From an uncultured Gammaproteobacteria bacterium (GTDB taxonomy: Bacteria; Pseudomonadota; Gammaproteobacteria; Eutrophobiales; Eutrophobiaceae), in assembly GCA_958295485.1 (NCBI GenBank), contig OY282354.1, positions 2,679,944 through 2,743,943 of the forward strand: a stretch of 64,000 bases of DNA, in the 5' to 3' direction. Positions 1 to 11,135 of the stretch are shown in pieces. The notes beneath the pieces were generated by a model, which did no database searches, was not told the DNA's origin, and worked only from the letters and a program-made list of their open reading frames with translations. The position numbers were made by a program, and so were the translations under genes. Each line of letters begins with the position of its first letter. Positions within the stretch are counted from its first letter, which is position 1.

Positions 1-2
1 CG

Positions 3-719
3 CCGGTGGATTTCTCTAAATTCGGCCCGATTGAAACCAGGCCGCTGTCGCGCCTGAAACGCTTAGGCGGGCAAAACCTGCATCGAAGTTGGATCAACGT
101 ACCCCATGTAACCCAGCTCGATGAAACGGACATCACGGAGCTGGAGGCTTTTCGCAAGTCGAAAAAGTCTGAAGCTGAACGGCACGACGCAAAACTCACC
201 TTGCTCAGTTTTCTAATCAAGGCTGTCGTGGTTGCCCTGAAAAAGTTTCCTGAATTCAATTCATCCCTGAGTCCGAATGGCGAGGAGCTGATTTATAAAA
301 AGTATTTTAACATCGGTATCGCGGTCAATACCGAACAGGGTTTGACCGTGCCCGTGGTAAAAGACGCCGATAAAAAAGGCCTGTTTGACCTGGCGAAAGA
401 ACTGGCTGAACTGGCGCAAAAGGCCAGGGACAAAAAGCTCGGCCCGGCTGATATGCAAGGTGGTTGTTTTACCATATCCAGTCTCGGCCACATCGGCGGC
501 ACGGGTTTTACCCCAATAATCAACACGCCGGAGGTAGCCATTCTTGGCGTGTCCAGGGCAGCCATCAAGCCCGTTTACATGAATGGCAAGTTTGAACCCC
601 GGTTGGTACTGCCCTATTCGCTTTCTTATGATCACAGGGTGATAGATGGCGTTGCCGGCGCGGAATTTACCCGGACGCTGGGGGAAATCCTGACGGATAT
701 CCGAGACATTCTTTTGTAA
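3..719 (+). CDS. aceF: Dihydrolipoamide acetyltransferase (PDH E2), C-terminal catalytic domain; 5' end lies outside the window
   Basis: VPHVTQLDE, GCFTISSLG, SLSYDHRVIDG catalytic motif. Confidence 0.93.
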   Translation, partial: PVDFSKFGPIETRPLSRLKRLGGQNLHRSWINVPHVTQLDETDITELEAFRKSKKSEAERHDAKLTLLSFLIKAVVVALKKFPEFNSSLSPNGEELIYKKYFNIGIAVNTEQGLTVPVVKDADKKGLFDLAKELAELAQKARDKKLGPADMQGGCFTISSLGHIGGTGFTPIINTPEVAILGVSRAAIKPVYMNGKFEPRLVLPYSLSYDHRVIDGVAGAEFTRTLGEILTDIRDILL

Positions 720-746
720 ACAACCGGAGACCGGGGCTCGCGCTGA

Positions 747-1241
747 ATGACACGGGAAACAACCCAAGCAGTTAAAGGCCGGTTTTCAATCAACGTCGTG
801 GAAAACAACAACAGCGAAATCCTTTTATTGAAAAGAAGCGTCTCCAGTAAATACGGGCCTGGTTTATGGGGATTCCCCGCCGGGCATTTTGAAGAAAAGG
901 AAACACCGGAAGAGTGCGCCCGGAGGGAACTGTTCGAGGAAATCGGCGGCGCTATTTCCGTGGAACTGTTAAACCAGCTTGAACCGGTCAGGGATAATCA
1001 TTTCGATGGCGTGTACGAATTTTATTTATTTCACCTGCGCTGGCGTAGCGGGGAAATAAGACTCAACCAGGAACATACCGATTATGTCTGGGTGAGCAGA
1101 CATGATTATAAAAACTACCCGGTCATGAAAGGCGTCGACCTGGACTTGTTCTACCTGAAAATCTGGCCGAAGGAATATTTGAACCAGGACGCAGGCTTTC
1201 CGGCCTACCTGAACTCTGTTAATCTGTCCCGCGCGTGTTGA
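747..1241 (+). CDS. NUDIX hydrolase
   Basis: Nudix box G-H-FEEKETPEECARRELFEEIG. Confidence 0.85.
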   Translation: MTRETTQAVKGRFSINVVENNNSEILLLKRSVSSKYGPGLWGFPAGHFEEKETPEECARRELFEEIGGAISVELLNQLEPVRDNHFDGVYEFYLFHLRWRSGEIRLNQEHTDYVWVSRHDYKNYPVMKGVDLDLFYLKIWPKEYLNQDAGFPAYLNSVNLSRAC

Positions 1242-1296
1242 ACCAGGACAATTCCTGGCCCTGTATTTTAAAACTTGTCAACAGGCAAGAAAACTG

Positions 1297-2118
1297 ATGC
1301 CGACAATCATTATCAACAGTGTTAGTGTTATAGCGATTTTACTCTATTTGCTTACCGCCTCCTGGTTGGGCATCAAAATGCTTCGCTTGCGCCCGGCGGT
1401 GGAATCGTTGAACCTGTCAATCAGCGGTCTGGCGGCGCTTGCCTTATCGAGTCACGCCCTGCTCCTCTACCGGGGAATCCTGACTGAGGAAGGCTTTAAC
1501 CTGGGGTTTTATCATGCTCTCTCACTCATGAGCTGGCTCGTTGCCTTGCTTGTCATGCTGGCGAGTTCATTCAGACCCATGAGTAACCTGATCATCATTT
1601 TCTTCCCTTTTGCTGCGTTTGCGCTGTTGCTTGAAGTGGCCTTGCCCAGCACAAACATCATTTCCGGCGCCGCGCCTGCAGGGTTGAAAATACATATCCT
1701 GTTATCGGTAGCCGCCTACGGTCTTCTTGCAATAGCGGCCGTGCAATCATTAGTCCTCGCGTTCCAGGAAACCCAATTACGCAAAAAACAGCCCGTAAAA
1801 GTGCTGAACATCTTGCCCCCCATGCAAACTTTGGAGAAGCTGTTAGTACAGGCCCTGACCATTGGTTTTTTCCTCCTGAGTTTAAGTCTGGCCACGGGCT
1901 TGATGTTTGTGCATGACATACTGGAGCAGCGCCTTTCCCATAAAGTTGTTTTATCTATACTGGCATGGTTGATTTTTGCCGTCGTCCTCTGGGGAAGATG
2001 GGCCCGGGGTTGGCGAGGTAAAAAATTAATCCGTTGGACTTCAGGGGGCTTTATCTCCCTGTTACTGGCTTATTTCGGTTCAAAACTCGTCCTCGAGCTT
2101 ATCCTGCACAGGGTCTGA
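1297..2118 (+). CDS. ypjD: Cytochrome c assembly (CcsA/YpjD-like) inner membrane protein
   Basis: About 8 TM segments, HILLS..AYG, LPPMQTLEK, HKVVLS, GWRGKK, LAYFGSK motifs; adjacent to a yfjD-like gene. Confidence 0.85.
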   Translation: MPTIIINSVSVIAILLYLLTASWLGIKMLRLRPAVESLNLSISGLAALALSSHALLLYRGILTEEGFNLGFYHALSLMSWLVALLVMLASSFRPMSNLIIIFFPFAAFALLLEVALPSTNIISGAAPAGLKIHILLSVAAYGLLAIAAVQSLVLAFQETQLRKKQPVKVLNILPPMQTLEKLLVQALTIGFFLLSLSLATGLMFVHDILEQRLSHKVVLSILAWLIFAVVLWGRWARGWRGKKLIRWTSGGFISLLLAYFGSKLVLELILHRV

Positions 2119-2245
2119 GCGATACCGTACAAAAGAGATTGCGTTTGCCCTGGCGGGAACGCCTGTTTCGCCATAATAAAATTTGCATCTTCCTGCTGAT
2201 TAATCAGAAAATATCCAATCATTTTAACCTGAGGCGAGTTTTCCC

Positions 2246-3514
2246 ATGGACGATATTCCCATTTACCTGTTATCAGTCATCCTTTTTTTGCTGATCGGCA
2301 TAGCCGGATTCTTCTCCGGCTCTGAAACCAGCATGATGGCGTTAAATCGCTATCGCCTGCGCCATCTTGCCAATGACGGGCACAAGGGTGCCACGTTGGC
2401 GGCAACACTGCTGAAACACCCGGACCGATTACTCGGTCTCATCTTGTTCGGCAACAACATCGTTCAGTTTTATGCGGCTTCCCTGGGCGTGGTTATTACA
2501 GTCAGGTTAATGGGGGATATCGGTTATGTCGTCGGCCCGGTCATCCTTACCTTCATCTTTTTAATCTTCGCAGAAGCCGCTCCCAAGACCGTAGCCGCTT
2601 TCCACCCGGAATGGATAGCATTCCCCGCTTCCTACGTCCTGAAACCATTATCGGTTGTTTGCTATCCCTTCGTATGGACGATTAATAAAATAGCCAACGG
2701 CTTGTTAGTCATGCTTCGATTCAAACTGGACGAACAGCAAGACACAAACCTGTCACGGGAAGAGCTGAGGACCGTGGTATCAGAAGCGACTAAACTGCTC
2801 CCCTCCCGCCACCGGGAAATGTTGCTTGGCATTTTAGACCTGGAGCAGGTAATGGTAGAAGACATCATGGCGCCGCGCAATGAAATCACAGGAATTGATA
2901 TTAGCGAAGATCTGACGGAAATAATCAACTCCCTTGGTCAAAGCTCACATACCCGTTTACCACTTTACAGGGAAAACCTGGATGATATTGTAGGAGTAAT
3001 CCATGCAAGACGTATTTCCCGTCTATTGAAAGACCCGGGTGAATTAACAAAATCGGACCTGGAAGAAATTGCCGTAGAGCCATACTTCGCGCCACTTGGC
3101 ACTCCCCTGAGTACACAACTGTTGAATTTCCAACGGGCAAAAAAACGACTGGGTTTCGTGGTTGATGAATACGGGACTATCCAGGGGCTGATTACACTGG
3201 AGGACATCCTGGAAGAAATCGTCGGTGAATTCACGACCGACGCTCAAATGTATCATGTTGACATTTTAGAACAAGGCGATGGTTCATTCATGATCGACGG
3301 CGCCGCGACGATTCGAGAGATTAATCGTCAACTACACTGGTCATTGCCAACCGGCGGGCCGAAAACACTGAACGGCCTCATTTTAGACCGATTGGAAGAC
3401 ATCCCGGAACCCGGCACAAGTTTAAGGATCGATGACTTCACAATGGAAATCATCCAGGTAATAGATAACGCGGTAAAGTCAGTCAGGGTCAATTTGTTGA
3501 AACGGGAGGAATAA
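2246..3514 (+). CDS. HlyC/CorC (CNNM) family transporter: DUF21 + CBS pair + CorC domain
   Basis: FFSGSET, VVDEYG..GLITLEDILEEIVGE, KTLNGLIL. Confidence 0.92.
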   Translation: MDDIPIYLLSVILFLLIGIAGFFSGSETSMMALNRYRLRHLANDGHKGATLAATLLKHPDRLLGLILFGNNIVQFYAASLGVVITVRLMGDIGYVVGPVILTFIFLIFAEAAPKTVAAFHPEWIAFPASYVLKPLSVVCYPFVWTINKIANGLLVMLRFKLDEQQDTNLSREELRTVVSEATKLLPSRHREMLLGILDLEQVMVEDIMAPRNEITGIDISEDLTEIINSLGQSSHTRLPLYRENLDDIVGVIHARRISRLLKDPGELTKSDLEEIAVEPYFAPLGTPLSTQLLNFQRAKKRLGFVVDEYGTIQGLITLEDILEEIVGEFTTDAQMYHVDILEQGDGSFMIDGAATIREINRQLHWSLPTGGPKTLNGLILDRLEDIPEPGTSLRIDDFTMEIIQVIDNAVKSVRVNLLKREE

Positions 3515-3591
3515 TCATGGATACTGCCAAAATCGATTTCTCCTGTGAGACATGTGGGACAGATGACAAAAATAAATGTTAACCGGAGGCA

Positions 3592-4281
3592 ATGATGAGC
3601 AGGACTAAAATAATACTGCTCGCGGTCGTCATCATCCTGGGGGGGCTGTTTTTTGTCTTGGACCTCGGGCAATATCTCAATCTCGATTACCTGAAGGAAA
3701 AACAAGACGCGATTGATGCATTTTATGGCCAGCGTCCATTTACCACTGTTGCATCCTATTTTTTACTGTATATCATCATCACCGGTCTCTCACTGCCCGG
3801 CGCCGCTATTCTCACCCTGGCCGGGGGCGCCATTTTCGGCGTGCTGTGGGGGACTGTTATCGTTTCCTTCGCCTCTACCATAGGCGCTACCCTTGCTTTT
3901 CTGGTTTCCCGCTACTTGTTCAGGGAATATATTCAAAAACGTTTTGCCGACAAGTTGACTGCCATAAACAAAGGCGTCGATGAAGAAGGCGCGTTTTACC
4001 TTTTTACCTTGCGCCTGGTGCCATTATTTCCGTTTTTCATCATTAACCTGGTCATGGGTTTGACAACCATCAAAGCCGTAACTTTTTTTCTTGTCAGCCA
4101 AGCCGGCATGTTGGCGGGCACCGTTGTTTACGTCAACGCGGGAACGCAGATTGCAAAAATCGAACAACTGCAAGACATCCTCTCGCCCGGGCTGATCCTG
4201 TCCTTCGTATTATTAGGGTTGTTTCCCCTCATTGCGAAAAAGGCAGTGGATTACATAAAAAAACGCACGGATGCTGATTGA
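3592..4281 (+). CDS. TVP38/TMEM64 (DedA/SNARE-associated) membrane protein
   Basis: SLPGAAILTLAGGAIFG, LRLVPLFPFFIINL motifs. Confidence 0.88.
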   Translation: MMSRTKIILLAVVIILGGLFFVLDLGQYLNLDYLKEKQDAIDAFYGQRPFTTVASYFLLYIIITGLSLPGAAILTLAGGAIFGVLWGTVIVSFASTIGATLAFLVSRYLFREYIQKRFADKLTAINKGVDEEGAFYLFTLRLVPLFPFFIINLVMGLTTIKAVTFFLVSQAGMLAGTVVYVNAGTQIAKIEQLQDILSPGLILSFVLLGLFPLIAKKAVDYIKKRTDAD

Positions 4282-4389
4282 GCAAGCGCCTTCCGAGGCC
4301 ATTTTCCCACAAAAATCGACAGGCTGAGAAATCATCCTGCCGCGTCCTGAAGACAATTTCTTACAACCCCAGGGGCATGATGAATAGCC

Positions 4390-5766
4390 GTGGCTGAATT
4401 TGATTACGATCTCTTTGTTATCGGCGCGGGGTCCGGTGGCGTGCGCGCGGCGCGCATGGCCGCTGGATTTGGGGCAAGAGTCGCCATCGCGGAGGACCGA
4501 TACTTGGGCGGCACCTGTGTCAACGTCGGTTGCGTCCCGAAAAAGCTGTTTGTTTATGCCTCGCATTTTGCCGAAGATTTCCATGATGCGGCCGGTTTCG
4601 GCTGGCAGGTCGATGATTATGCCTTTGATTGGAACAAGTTGTTGACCAACAAAAATAACGAAATTCAAAGACTGAACGGCATTTACAAGAACCTGCTGGA
4701 AAAGGCGGGGGTGGTCTTGATCGATGGCAGGGCTGTCGTTACCGGGGAAAATTCGCTCAGGATTAACGGCGCGACGGTCACGGCGGAACGGATACTGGTG
4801 GCAACGGGAGGCTGGCCCCATATCCCGGATATCCCTGGCAAAGAGCATGTTATTTCATCCAACGAAGCATTCTTTCTCAAAGCGTTGCCGGCAAACGTCA
4901 TCATCGTGGGTGGCGGTTATATCGCAGTCGAGTTCGCTTGCATATTTAACGGCTTGGGAGTGAACACCACCTTGATCTATCGGGGTGGGCTTTTTCTCAG
5001 GGGTTTTGATCATGAGCTGCGCGAATTTTTAGCCGGGGAGATCACAAAAAAAGGGATCAAGCTGATGTTCAATACCAATATAAAAAGCATCGATAAACAA
5101 AATAATCGACTCATCGCCAATCTCGATAGCGCCCCCGGCAAGGCCCTCAATAACGCCCAGACGATGGAAACGGATTTAATCATGTATGCCACAGGCCGCT
5201 TGCCGAATACGAAAGGGCTGGGTCTGGGTTCAGCCAAGGTGGAACTCAACGATAAAGGCGCCGTTGTGGTCAATGATGAATATCAGACTTCGACCCCCTC
5301 CATCTATGCCATTGGCGACGTCACCGACCGGATAAACCTGACCCCGGTCGCCACAGCCGAGGGAACGGTACTGGCAAATAATCTTTATAACAATCAATCG
5401 AGGCGCGTCGATTATCGCGGTATACCTACTTGTATCTTCAGTCAACCTGCTCTTGGCACGGTGGGGTTGACTGAAGAACAGGCGCGACGAGAGTTCAAGA
5501 ACGTGGAAATTTACAAATCAGGCTTTACCCACCTGAAACACACCTTATCGGGAAATGACGAGAGGACGTTGATGAAAATCATTGTCGATAATGACACCGA
5601 CAAGGTACTGGGCGTACACATGATCGGGGCGGAGGCCGGTGAAATTATCCAGGGCATAGGCATTGCCCTCAAGGCCGGCGCGACCAAGACAGTATTCGAT
5701 GCCACTATCGGCATCCACCCCACTGCCGCTGAAGAGTTCGTCACCATGCGCGAGCCTGCCGGTTGA
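4390..5766 (+). CDS. gor: Glutathione-disulfide reductase
   Basis: [35 protein letters not shown]. Confidence 0.95.
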   Translation: MAEFDYDLFVIGAGSGGVRAARMAAGFGARVAIAEDRYLGGTCVNVGCVPKKLFVYASHFAEDFHDAAGFGWQVDDYAFDWNKLLTNKNNEIQRLNGIYKNLLEKAGVVLIDGRAVVTGENSLRINGATVTAERILVATGGWPHIPDIPGKEHVISSNEAFFLKALPANVIIVGGGYIAVEFACIFNGLGVNTTLIYRGGLFLRGFDHELREFLAGEITKKGIKLMFNTNIKSIDKQNNRLIANLDSAPGKALNNAQTMETDLIMYATGRLPNTKGLGLGSAKVELNDKGAVVVNDEYQTSTPSIYAIGDVTDRINLTPVATAEGTVLANNLYNNQSRRVDYRGIPTCIFSQPALGTVGLTEEQARREFKNVEIYKSGFTHLKHTLSGNDERTLMKIIVDNDTDKVLGVHMIGAEAGEIIQGIGIALKAGATKTVFDATIGIHPTAAEEFVTMREPAG

Positions 5767-5800
5767 TGATAAACAATCCGCTACGGACAAATGGTCTTTT

Positions 5801-6667
5801 TCATTCGCGGGCAGGTTGAAAAGCCGGGGAATAATCCTGAAAAAATTGGCGTAAGGTTGTCGGCGCGGTACCCGTTACCTGCCTGTAGGTATCATTGAGC
5901 AATGCCCCTTGATTTTGCGCGATTAACTCGAACAGGTCTGATACGGTATCCACGTACCAGTCATTGGACACCCATTGCAATAACGATTTCTTGAAATCTT
6001 CCGGCGCTACGTCAACGTACCGGATATCCCTGCCCATCACTTCAGACAGTTGGCTTGCAATATCATGGAACGAGACCAGTTCAGGCCCGGTTATTTCATA
6101 CAGTTTATTTTCATGCCCTGAACGCGTTAAAACGGTCAAAACAAACCGGGCTACGTCGCGCGCGTCGATTATCCCCACTCGTCCGTCGCGCATGGGCATG
6201 AAATATTTATCCTGCTCCGCAATGCCGGAAGCCACGTGAAGCATGTTTTGCATGAAAAAATCAGGTCGAACCAGCGTGTATGACAAACCCGACTCCCGGA
6301 CGTATTTCTCAGCATCCCCATGGTAACGCTTTAATAATGCCGTTGAATTTGAGTCCGCGCCGTTGGCTGACATTTTCACCAGGCGCCTGATACCGGTTTC
6401 CCTGGCCGCATCGACAAATCCTTTTTCCAGGACCAACTGCTGTTGCGCGTTTGCCGTGAGCAAAAAAGCCTTGTCACATGCTCGCATTGCCTCTTTAACG
6501 GCGGCTGAATCTCCCAGGTCGCCCCGGATGACTTCTACGCCGGCTGCTTTTATTGCATCCGCCTTGTTCATATCCCTGACCAACCCCTTGGCTTGAACGT
6601 CAAACTCCGGGAGCAGCTTTAGTATTTCCTTTCCAACCGTACCGGTGAGTCCCGTGAATAAAATCAT
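5801..6667 (-). CDS. NmrA/SDR-like NAD(P)-binding oxidoreductase
   Basis: ILFTGLTGTVG Rossmann motif, RPDFFMQN, IDARDVA, YEITGPE. Confidence 0.85.
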   Translation of the reverse strand: MILFTGLTGTVGKEILKLLPEFDVQAKGLVRDMNKADAIKAAGVEVIRGDLGDSAAVKEAMRACDKAFLLTANAQQQLVLEKGFVDAARETGIRRLVKMSANGADSNSTALLKRYHGDAEKYVRESGLSYTLVRPDFFMQNMLHVASGIAEQDKYFMPMRDGRVGIIDARDVARFVLTVLTRSGHENKLYEITGPELVSFHDIASQLSEVMGRDIRYVDVAPEDFKKSLLQWVSNDWYVDTVSDLFELIAQNQGALLNDTYRQVTGTAPTTLRQFFQDYSPAFQPARE

Positions 6668-6805
6668 GATTTCAACCCCCGTCTGAAAATCAAATTGCAG
6701 GGACGCAATCTATTGCGTCTCCAGGTTTCAATGTTGCCCGCGCAGGCACAGGCGTTGCAGAATAGAGGCAGTATCTCAGCCCGCATTCAGGATATAATGC
6801 GTTGT

Positions 6806-7561
6806 ATGCAAAGATTATTATACTTGTTTCTGTTACTTTGTTTCCAGGAAGCACACTCAGAGACGGTCATTGTTGCGGTTGCTTCCAACCTGACCCACAC
6901 CGTTACCCAGGTAAGCCTGGCCTTTAACCGGGACAAGGAGGCCCAAGCCGCCCTGACATTCGGTTCATCCGGCAATTTTGCCAGGCAGATCGTACAGGGC
7001 GCCCCTTATGAGGTTTTTATCTCTGCCGGTAAAAAGTATATCGACTTTATCGGGAATAATGGCCGGGAGATAAGTCGCATCAAGGGGTTCGCTTATGGCA
7101 GGCTCAGCCTCTATATCCCGGAGACCTCGAAAATAAAAAGCCCAACGACATTGGGCAAAGCGTTGAGGTCCCTGCAATACGGTAATTTTCGAAAAATGGC
7201 GATTGCCAACCCTGAGCACGCGCCCTACGGGTCGGCGGCTGAAGAAGCGCTAAAAAGCGCCGGGCTGTGGGCGATTAAACGGGACAAACTGTTGCTGGGA
7301 GAGAACGCCGCCCAGGCAATGCAATTTTGTGTGTCGGGGAGCGTAGACGCCTGTATCATTCCCGACTCTTTCCTGAGATTAAGGCAATTCTCTCGCAAGG
7401 GAACGAGTTTTTTGATCCCGCAGACCTGGCATCAACCCATAACCCAATATATCGCGTTATTAGATGAAGATGATGAGGCGAGCAGCCTGTTTTTCAATTA
7501 CCTTTTATCCGATGCCGCCGGGCATATCCTGAAAAAACACGGATACATTTTACCCGATTGA
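6806..7561 (+). CDS. modA: Molybdate ABC transporter substrate-binding protein
   Basis: Signal peptide from ATG 6806; VAVASNL, FGSSG, IANPEHAPYG, GEN motifs. Confidence 0.9.
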   Translation: MQRLLYLFLLLCFQEAHSETVIVAVASNLTHTVTQVSLAFNRDKEAQAALTFGSSGNFARQIVQGAPYEVFISAGKKYIDFIGNNGREISRIKGFAYGRLSLYIPETSKIKSPTTLGKALRSLQYGNFRKMAIANPEHAPYGSAAEEALKSAGLWAIKRDKLLLGENAAQAMQFCVSGSVDACIIPDSFLRLRQFSRKGTSFLIPQTWHQPITQYIALLDEDDEASSLFFNYLLSDAAGHILKKHGYILPD

Positions 7562-7574
7562 ACCTGTACGCAGA

Positions 7575-8249
7575 TTGATGGATTGGCAAGCCTTAAAAGT
7601 TTCACTCTATCTTGCCGGGCTGACGGCGGTGGTCCTGACGCCCATCGGCATCCTAACAGCGCGGAAACTCGCTTGGTCGCAATTTCCGGGACGCAATCTC
7701 GTGCAAGCCCTGATCGCCCTGCCTTTGATCCTGCCGCCGACGGTCCTGGGATTTTACTTATTGGTGATATTGGGAGGGCATTCAATCATCGGCAGGCTTT
7801 ATGAAGATATGGCGGGAAATTCCCTGGTCTTTTCGTTCGAAGGCATATTAGTGGCGTCGATCCTGTTTAATGTTCCCTTTGCCGTCCAGCCCATACAACG
7901 CGGTTTTGAATCCATACCCGTGAACGTCCGCGAGGCGGCTTGGTGCAGCGGTCTTTCCACTTGGCAGACCTTTTGGAAGATCGAGTTGCCCCTGGCTTGG
8001 CCGGGGGTCGTATCTGCCGCTATCCTGACCGTTGCCCACACCCTGGGTGAGTTCGGCGTCGTATTGATGGTGGGAGGGAACCTGACCGGAGAGACGCGCA
8101 CCATAGCCATTGCAATTTACGATCGCGTCCAGGCATTCGACAACGCAAGCGCGGCAACAATGTCCGCAGTGTTATTGGTTGTTTCATTTTCAGCGATCAC
8201 CTTGATCTACTTCCTGACTGACAGGCTGGGCAAACAACGTGTCTGGTAG
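7575..8249 (+). CDS. modB: Molybdate ABC transporter permease
   Basis: LPLILPPTVLGFYLL, AHTLGEFGVVLMVGGN. Confidence 0.93.
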   Translation: MMDWQALKVSLYLAGLTAVVLTPIGILTARKLAWSQFPGRNLVQALIALPLILPPTVLGFYLLVILGGHSIIGRLYEDMAGNSLVFSFEGILVASILFNVPFAVQPIQRGFESIPVNVREAAWCSGLSTWQTFWKIELPLAWPGVVSAAILTVAHTLGEFGVVLMVGGNLTGETRTIAIAIYDRVQAFDNASAATMSAVLLVVSFSAITLIYFLTDRLGKQRVW

Positions 8250-9354
8250 CCATATTTACATCGAATTAAAACAAACCCATCCAATCCCGTTGGACGTGTC
8301 ACTGGACTGTGGCCCTGCTGAAATCTTAGTGATCGTCGGGCCTTCCGGGAGCGGTAAAACGACGATATTAAGATCTGTCAGCGGACTGTACACACCGGAG
8401 ACCGGTTACGTCTGCTGTAACGGAGCGCAATGGCTGGATACCGGCGCAAAAATCAACCTGCCCGCGCAACAACGACGTATAGGCATGGTATTTCAACACT
8501 ATGCCCTGTTCCCCCATAAAACGGCCTTGCAAAACATCATGCTCCCGTTAACTCGCGTCAACGGCGGGCAAAAACAATTCATTGCCGAGAATTTATTGAA
8601 CACCATGAACATGGAAGGTCTGGGCGACCGCTACCCACACCAGTTATCCGGGGGGCAACAACAGCGAGTCGCCCTGGCCCGGGCCCTGGCCCGGGATCCT
8701 GAAGTGTTATTATTGGATGAACCCTTCTCCGCCGTAGACCAGCAGACCCGCAGAAAATTGACCCGCGAGTTGGTCAGCTTGAGACGCCACTTCAGCCTGC
8801 CTGTCATTCATGTCACCCATGACCTGAACGAAGCGCGGCGGATTGCCGATAAGATTTGCATTATCCACCACGGCAAAACCCTGCAAATCGACAGCCCTGA
8901 CCAGGTAATGAACTATCCCCATGACGCCGACGTCGCAAACCTTGTCGGCCATTACAATATATTTACCGGCGCCATCCTGCGGCATGATCACGATACGAAA
9001 GAAACGCACATCAAATGGAATGAACACAGCTTGAAAACCCGTTATCGTCCCGAATTGGAACCCCAAACAGAAATAGACTGGGTCATCCCATCCGAAAACA
9101 TTATCCTGCACCGTCACGACAAGCCGTCTCAAGGTGAAAGAGAAAATCCCGTAAAAGGACGGATAGACGAATTTATCCCACTGGGGGAGACGACCTCGAT
9201 CACGATTGCAGTTGACCCTGGCCACCTGGTCTACATGTCAGTATCAACCCACGTTGCCAGGCGAAACAACTTGGCGGAAGGCGGCGATATCACCGTCTCA
9301 CTACTGGCCGAAGGCATTCACCTGATGAAAAAACCAACCCACAAGAGAGATTGA
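8239..9354 (+). CDS. modC: Molybdate ABC transporter ATPase with C-terminal TOBE-like domain
   Basis: GPSGSGKT, LSGGQQQR, LLLDEPF; operonic with modAB. Confidence 0.88.
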   Translation: MSGSHIYIELKQTHPIPLDVSLDCGPAEILVIVGPSGSGKTTILRSVSGLYTPETGYVCCNGAQWLDTGAKINLPAQQRRIGMVFQHYALFPHKTALQNIMLPLTRVNGGQKQFIAENLLNTMNMEGLGDRYPHQLSGGQQQRVALARALARDPEVLLLDEPFSAVDQQTRRKLTRELVSLRRHFSLPVIHVTHDLNEARRIADKICIIHHGKTLQIDSPDQVMNYPHDADVANLVGHYNIFTGAILRHDHDTKETHIKWNEHSLKTRYRPELEPQTEIDWVIPSENIILHRHDKPSQGERENPVKGRIDEFIPLGETTSITIAVDPGHLVYMSVSTHVARRNNLAEGGDITVSLLAEGIHLMKKPTHKRD

Positions 9355-9579
9355 ACCCCATCGGCGCCGCCTGACTTACCGCCTTACCCAAACGCTTTCC
9401 CAACCTGTTATTTTGGCGCCTTCTCACGTCAAAGGGGTTTCTGGAAATCAGCTAGACGATCAATAAAAAAACCGCATGACAATCCGACTACGGCGATGAA
9501 GGTAAATTCAGTGGATTGTATCTGAACTGAACCTGACCGCAATCTACAATATGCGGTGCAGCCGATCGGCCATCCGCGT

Positions 9580-9828
9580 TCAGACAATGCCAAACAGCCG
9601 GAGAATGATGGCAACCTGCAAGGGGATCACAACGGCAATAAGCAGATTCAACCGACTTTTAATGTCGGCAATATCTTTTTCCAGGCGCAGCAGGATGTGT
9701 TCCTGTTCCGGTAACGCCACAGCGGATTTAATCGGGCGGTCACGGCGGGCGAGGAACCGAGCTAACCAAAGCGCGGCCGCCCCACCCACTACCGCCGTGA
9801 GGACGGCAACAGCAAGTGCCATATTCAT
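9580..9828 (-). CDS. Small membrane protein (two hydrophobic segments flanking a short coiled coil)
   Basis: GGAGG RBS upstream; hydrophobic N- and C-termini. Confidence 0.55.
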   Translation of the reverse strand: MNMALAVAVLTAVVGGAAALWLARFLARRDRPIKSAVALPEQEHILLRLEKDIADIKSRLNLLIAVVIPLQVAIILRLFGIV

Positions 9829-10130
9829 GTCAGTCCTCCAGGCTGGCGGCCCAGATCAAGGCCATCCCACCTCGGACCGCGTGAGGGCCAGAAACTACTC
9901 AACGGCACGTTGATAGAACCTGAAAGTTGGAGCTTTTTAACCATCTTTCCGTCTCTATACTCACAGTACCCGTCCTTTGCAAGGGGAGAAGCCCACTCCA
10001 CATCTTCAAAAGGCTCAAGCGCGCCGGAACGCCTCAACGATGAACAAAGCAACTGGGGATATTTGTTCACTGCCTCCTGGAGAAGTCGTCGGCTACCACG
10101 CCTGGATGAGTTTGCCATCTGATTTGTCAT
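9825..10130 (-). pseudogene. Truncated hypothetical protein, probably a PD-(D/E)xK nuclease-like N-terminal fragment
   Basis: GS..LLQ.AVN / W.SPL..D.Y.EYRD / FWP.RGPRWD pattern, then an abrupt end; family assignment from recall only. Confidence 0.45.
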
Positions 10131-10181
10131 AGATATATCTCACTGGATTTCCGGGAATAAGTAAATGATTTTATACGATTT

Positions 10182-11135
10182 TCAGCCATTTTTTTCGAAT
10201 AAGGTCTGCTGAAATATTGGTAACTCTCCAATATTGGAGGCGGTGACTTCTTCGATTCTTTCCAATGATTTTTTATAGAATTCGGGACTAGTTTCAAAAC
10301 CTATAAAATTGCGATTTAATATTTTTGCGGCCACCGCTGTTGTTCCACTGCCCATAAACGGGTCAAGGACTAATTGACTTTTTTTGGTTGTAAGTTTTAT
10401 CAAGTATTCGATCAAATCCAACGGCTTTTGTGCTTCGTGTATTTTTATTTCATTTTTTCTAAAACTAAATTCAAGCATATTAGTGGGACTGCAATCATTC
10501 AGCCTGCATTCATCAATGTTCATCGCACCCACTTCATTTTCAAGGATGTTATCCGTGATTGTTCCACCAATCTTGTATGGCTTCATAAACCAAACTACCG
10601 GCTCCCAAATTGGCGCTAAATTCCCAAGTCTCCAGCCTTCCCATTTTTCTGCTTCCTTTTTCAACCCCCGACGCTCAAAAACAATACTAACCCTCTGCGC
10701 TCTATGATGGGCAGATGGTTTTTTCCAAGCCAAGGTATCTTTTAGGAGAAAACCACTATCTTCAAAGGCATTGATAACTCTATGAATTGTCCTCCTGGCG
10801 CCAAAAACAAATAAGAATGATCCATTCTTCATTTTCGGATAAACCTTTCTCGCCCAGTCCTTGCACCATTCTTGATACTCTAATCCGATATTTCTATCAG
10901 ACTGTGCCCAACCATTGATTGGCTTCCCTCTACGCTTAAAGCCTGATTTTCCTTCTTGTGCAGGAGATTTTCCCAACAGCGCTGAATTCGTATTGCTATG
11001 TAATACATCCCAATCATCCAGGCTGATGCCATAAGGAATGTCAGACAAAAACAGATCGATACTGTTGTCCGTCAGCTTGGGTATATAATCCAAACAATCG
11101 CCTTGGGTAATTTTATTCAAAAAACTCTCATTCAT
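10182..11135 (-). CDS. Beta-class amino-DNA methyltransferase, M.HindIII-like
   Basis: DIPY motif IV, HEAQKP, LDPFMGSGTT motif I; coupled to the endonuclease by a 4-nt overlap. Confidence 0.9.
   Translation of the reverse strand: MNESFLNKITQGDCLDYIPKLTDNSIDLFLSDIPYGISLDDWDVLHSNTNSALLGKSPAQEGKSGFKRRGKPINGWAQSDRNIGLEYQEWCKDWARKVYPKMKNGSFLFVFGARRTIHRVINAFEDSGFLLKDTLAWKKPSAHHRAQRVSIVFERRGLKKEAEKWEGWRLGNLAPIWEPVVWFMKPYKIGGTITDNILENEVGAMNIDECRLNDCSPTNMLEFSFRKNEIKIHEAQKPLDLIEYLIKLTTKKSQLVLDPFMGSGTTAVAAKILNRNFIGFETSPEFYKKSLERIEEVTASNIGELPIFQQTLFEKNG

Noticed and set aside
9429-9614. Short minus-strand ORF or possible IS end at the islet border
   Set aside because: No recognisable motif or partner inverted repeat; too weak to call.
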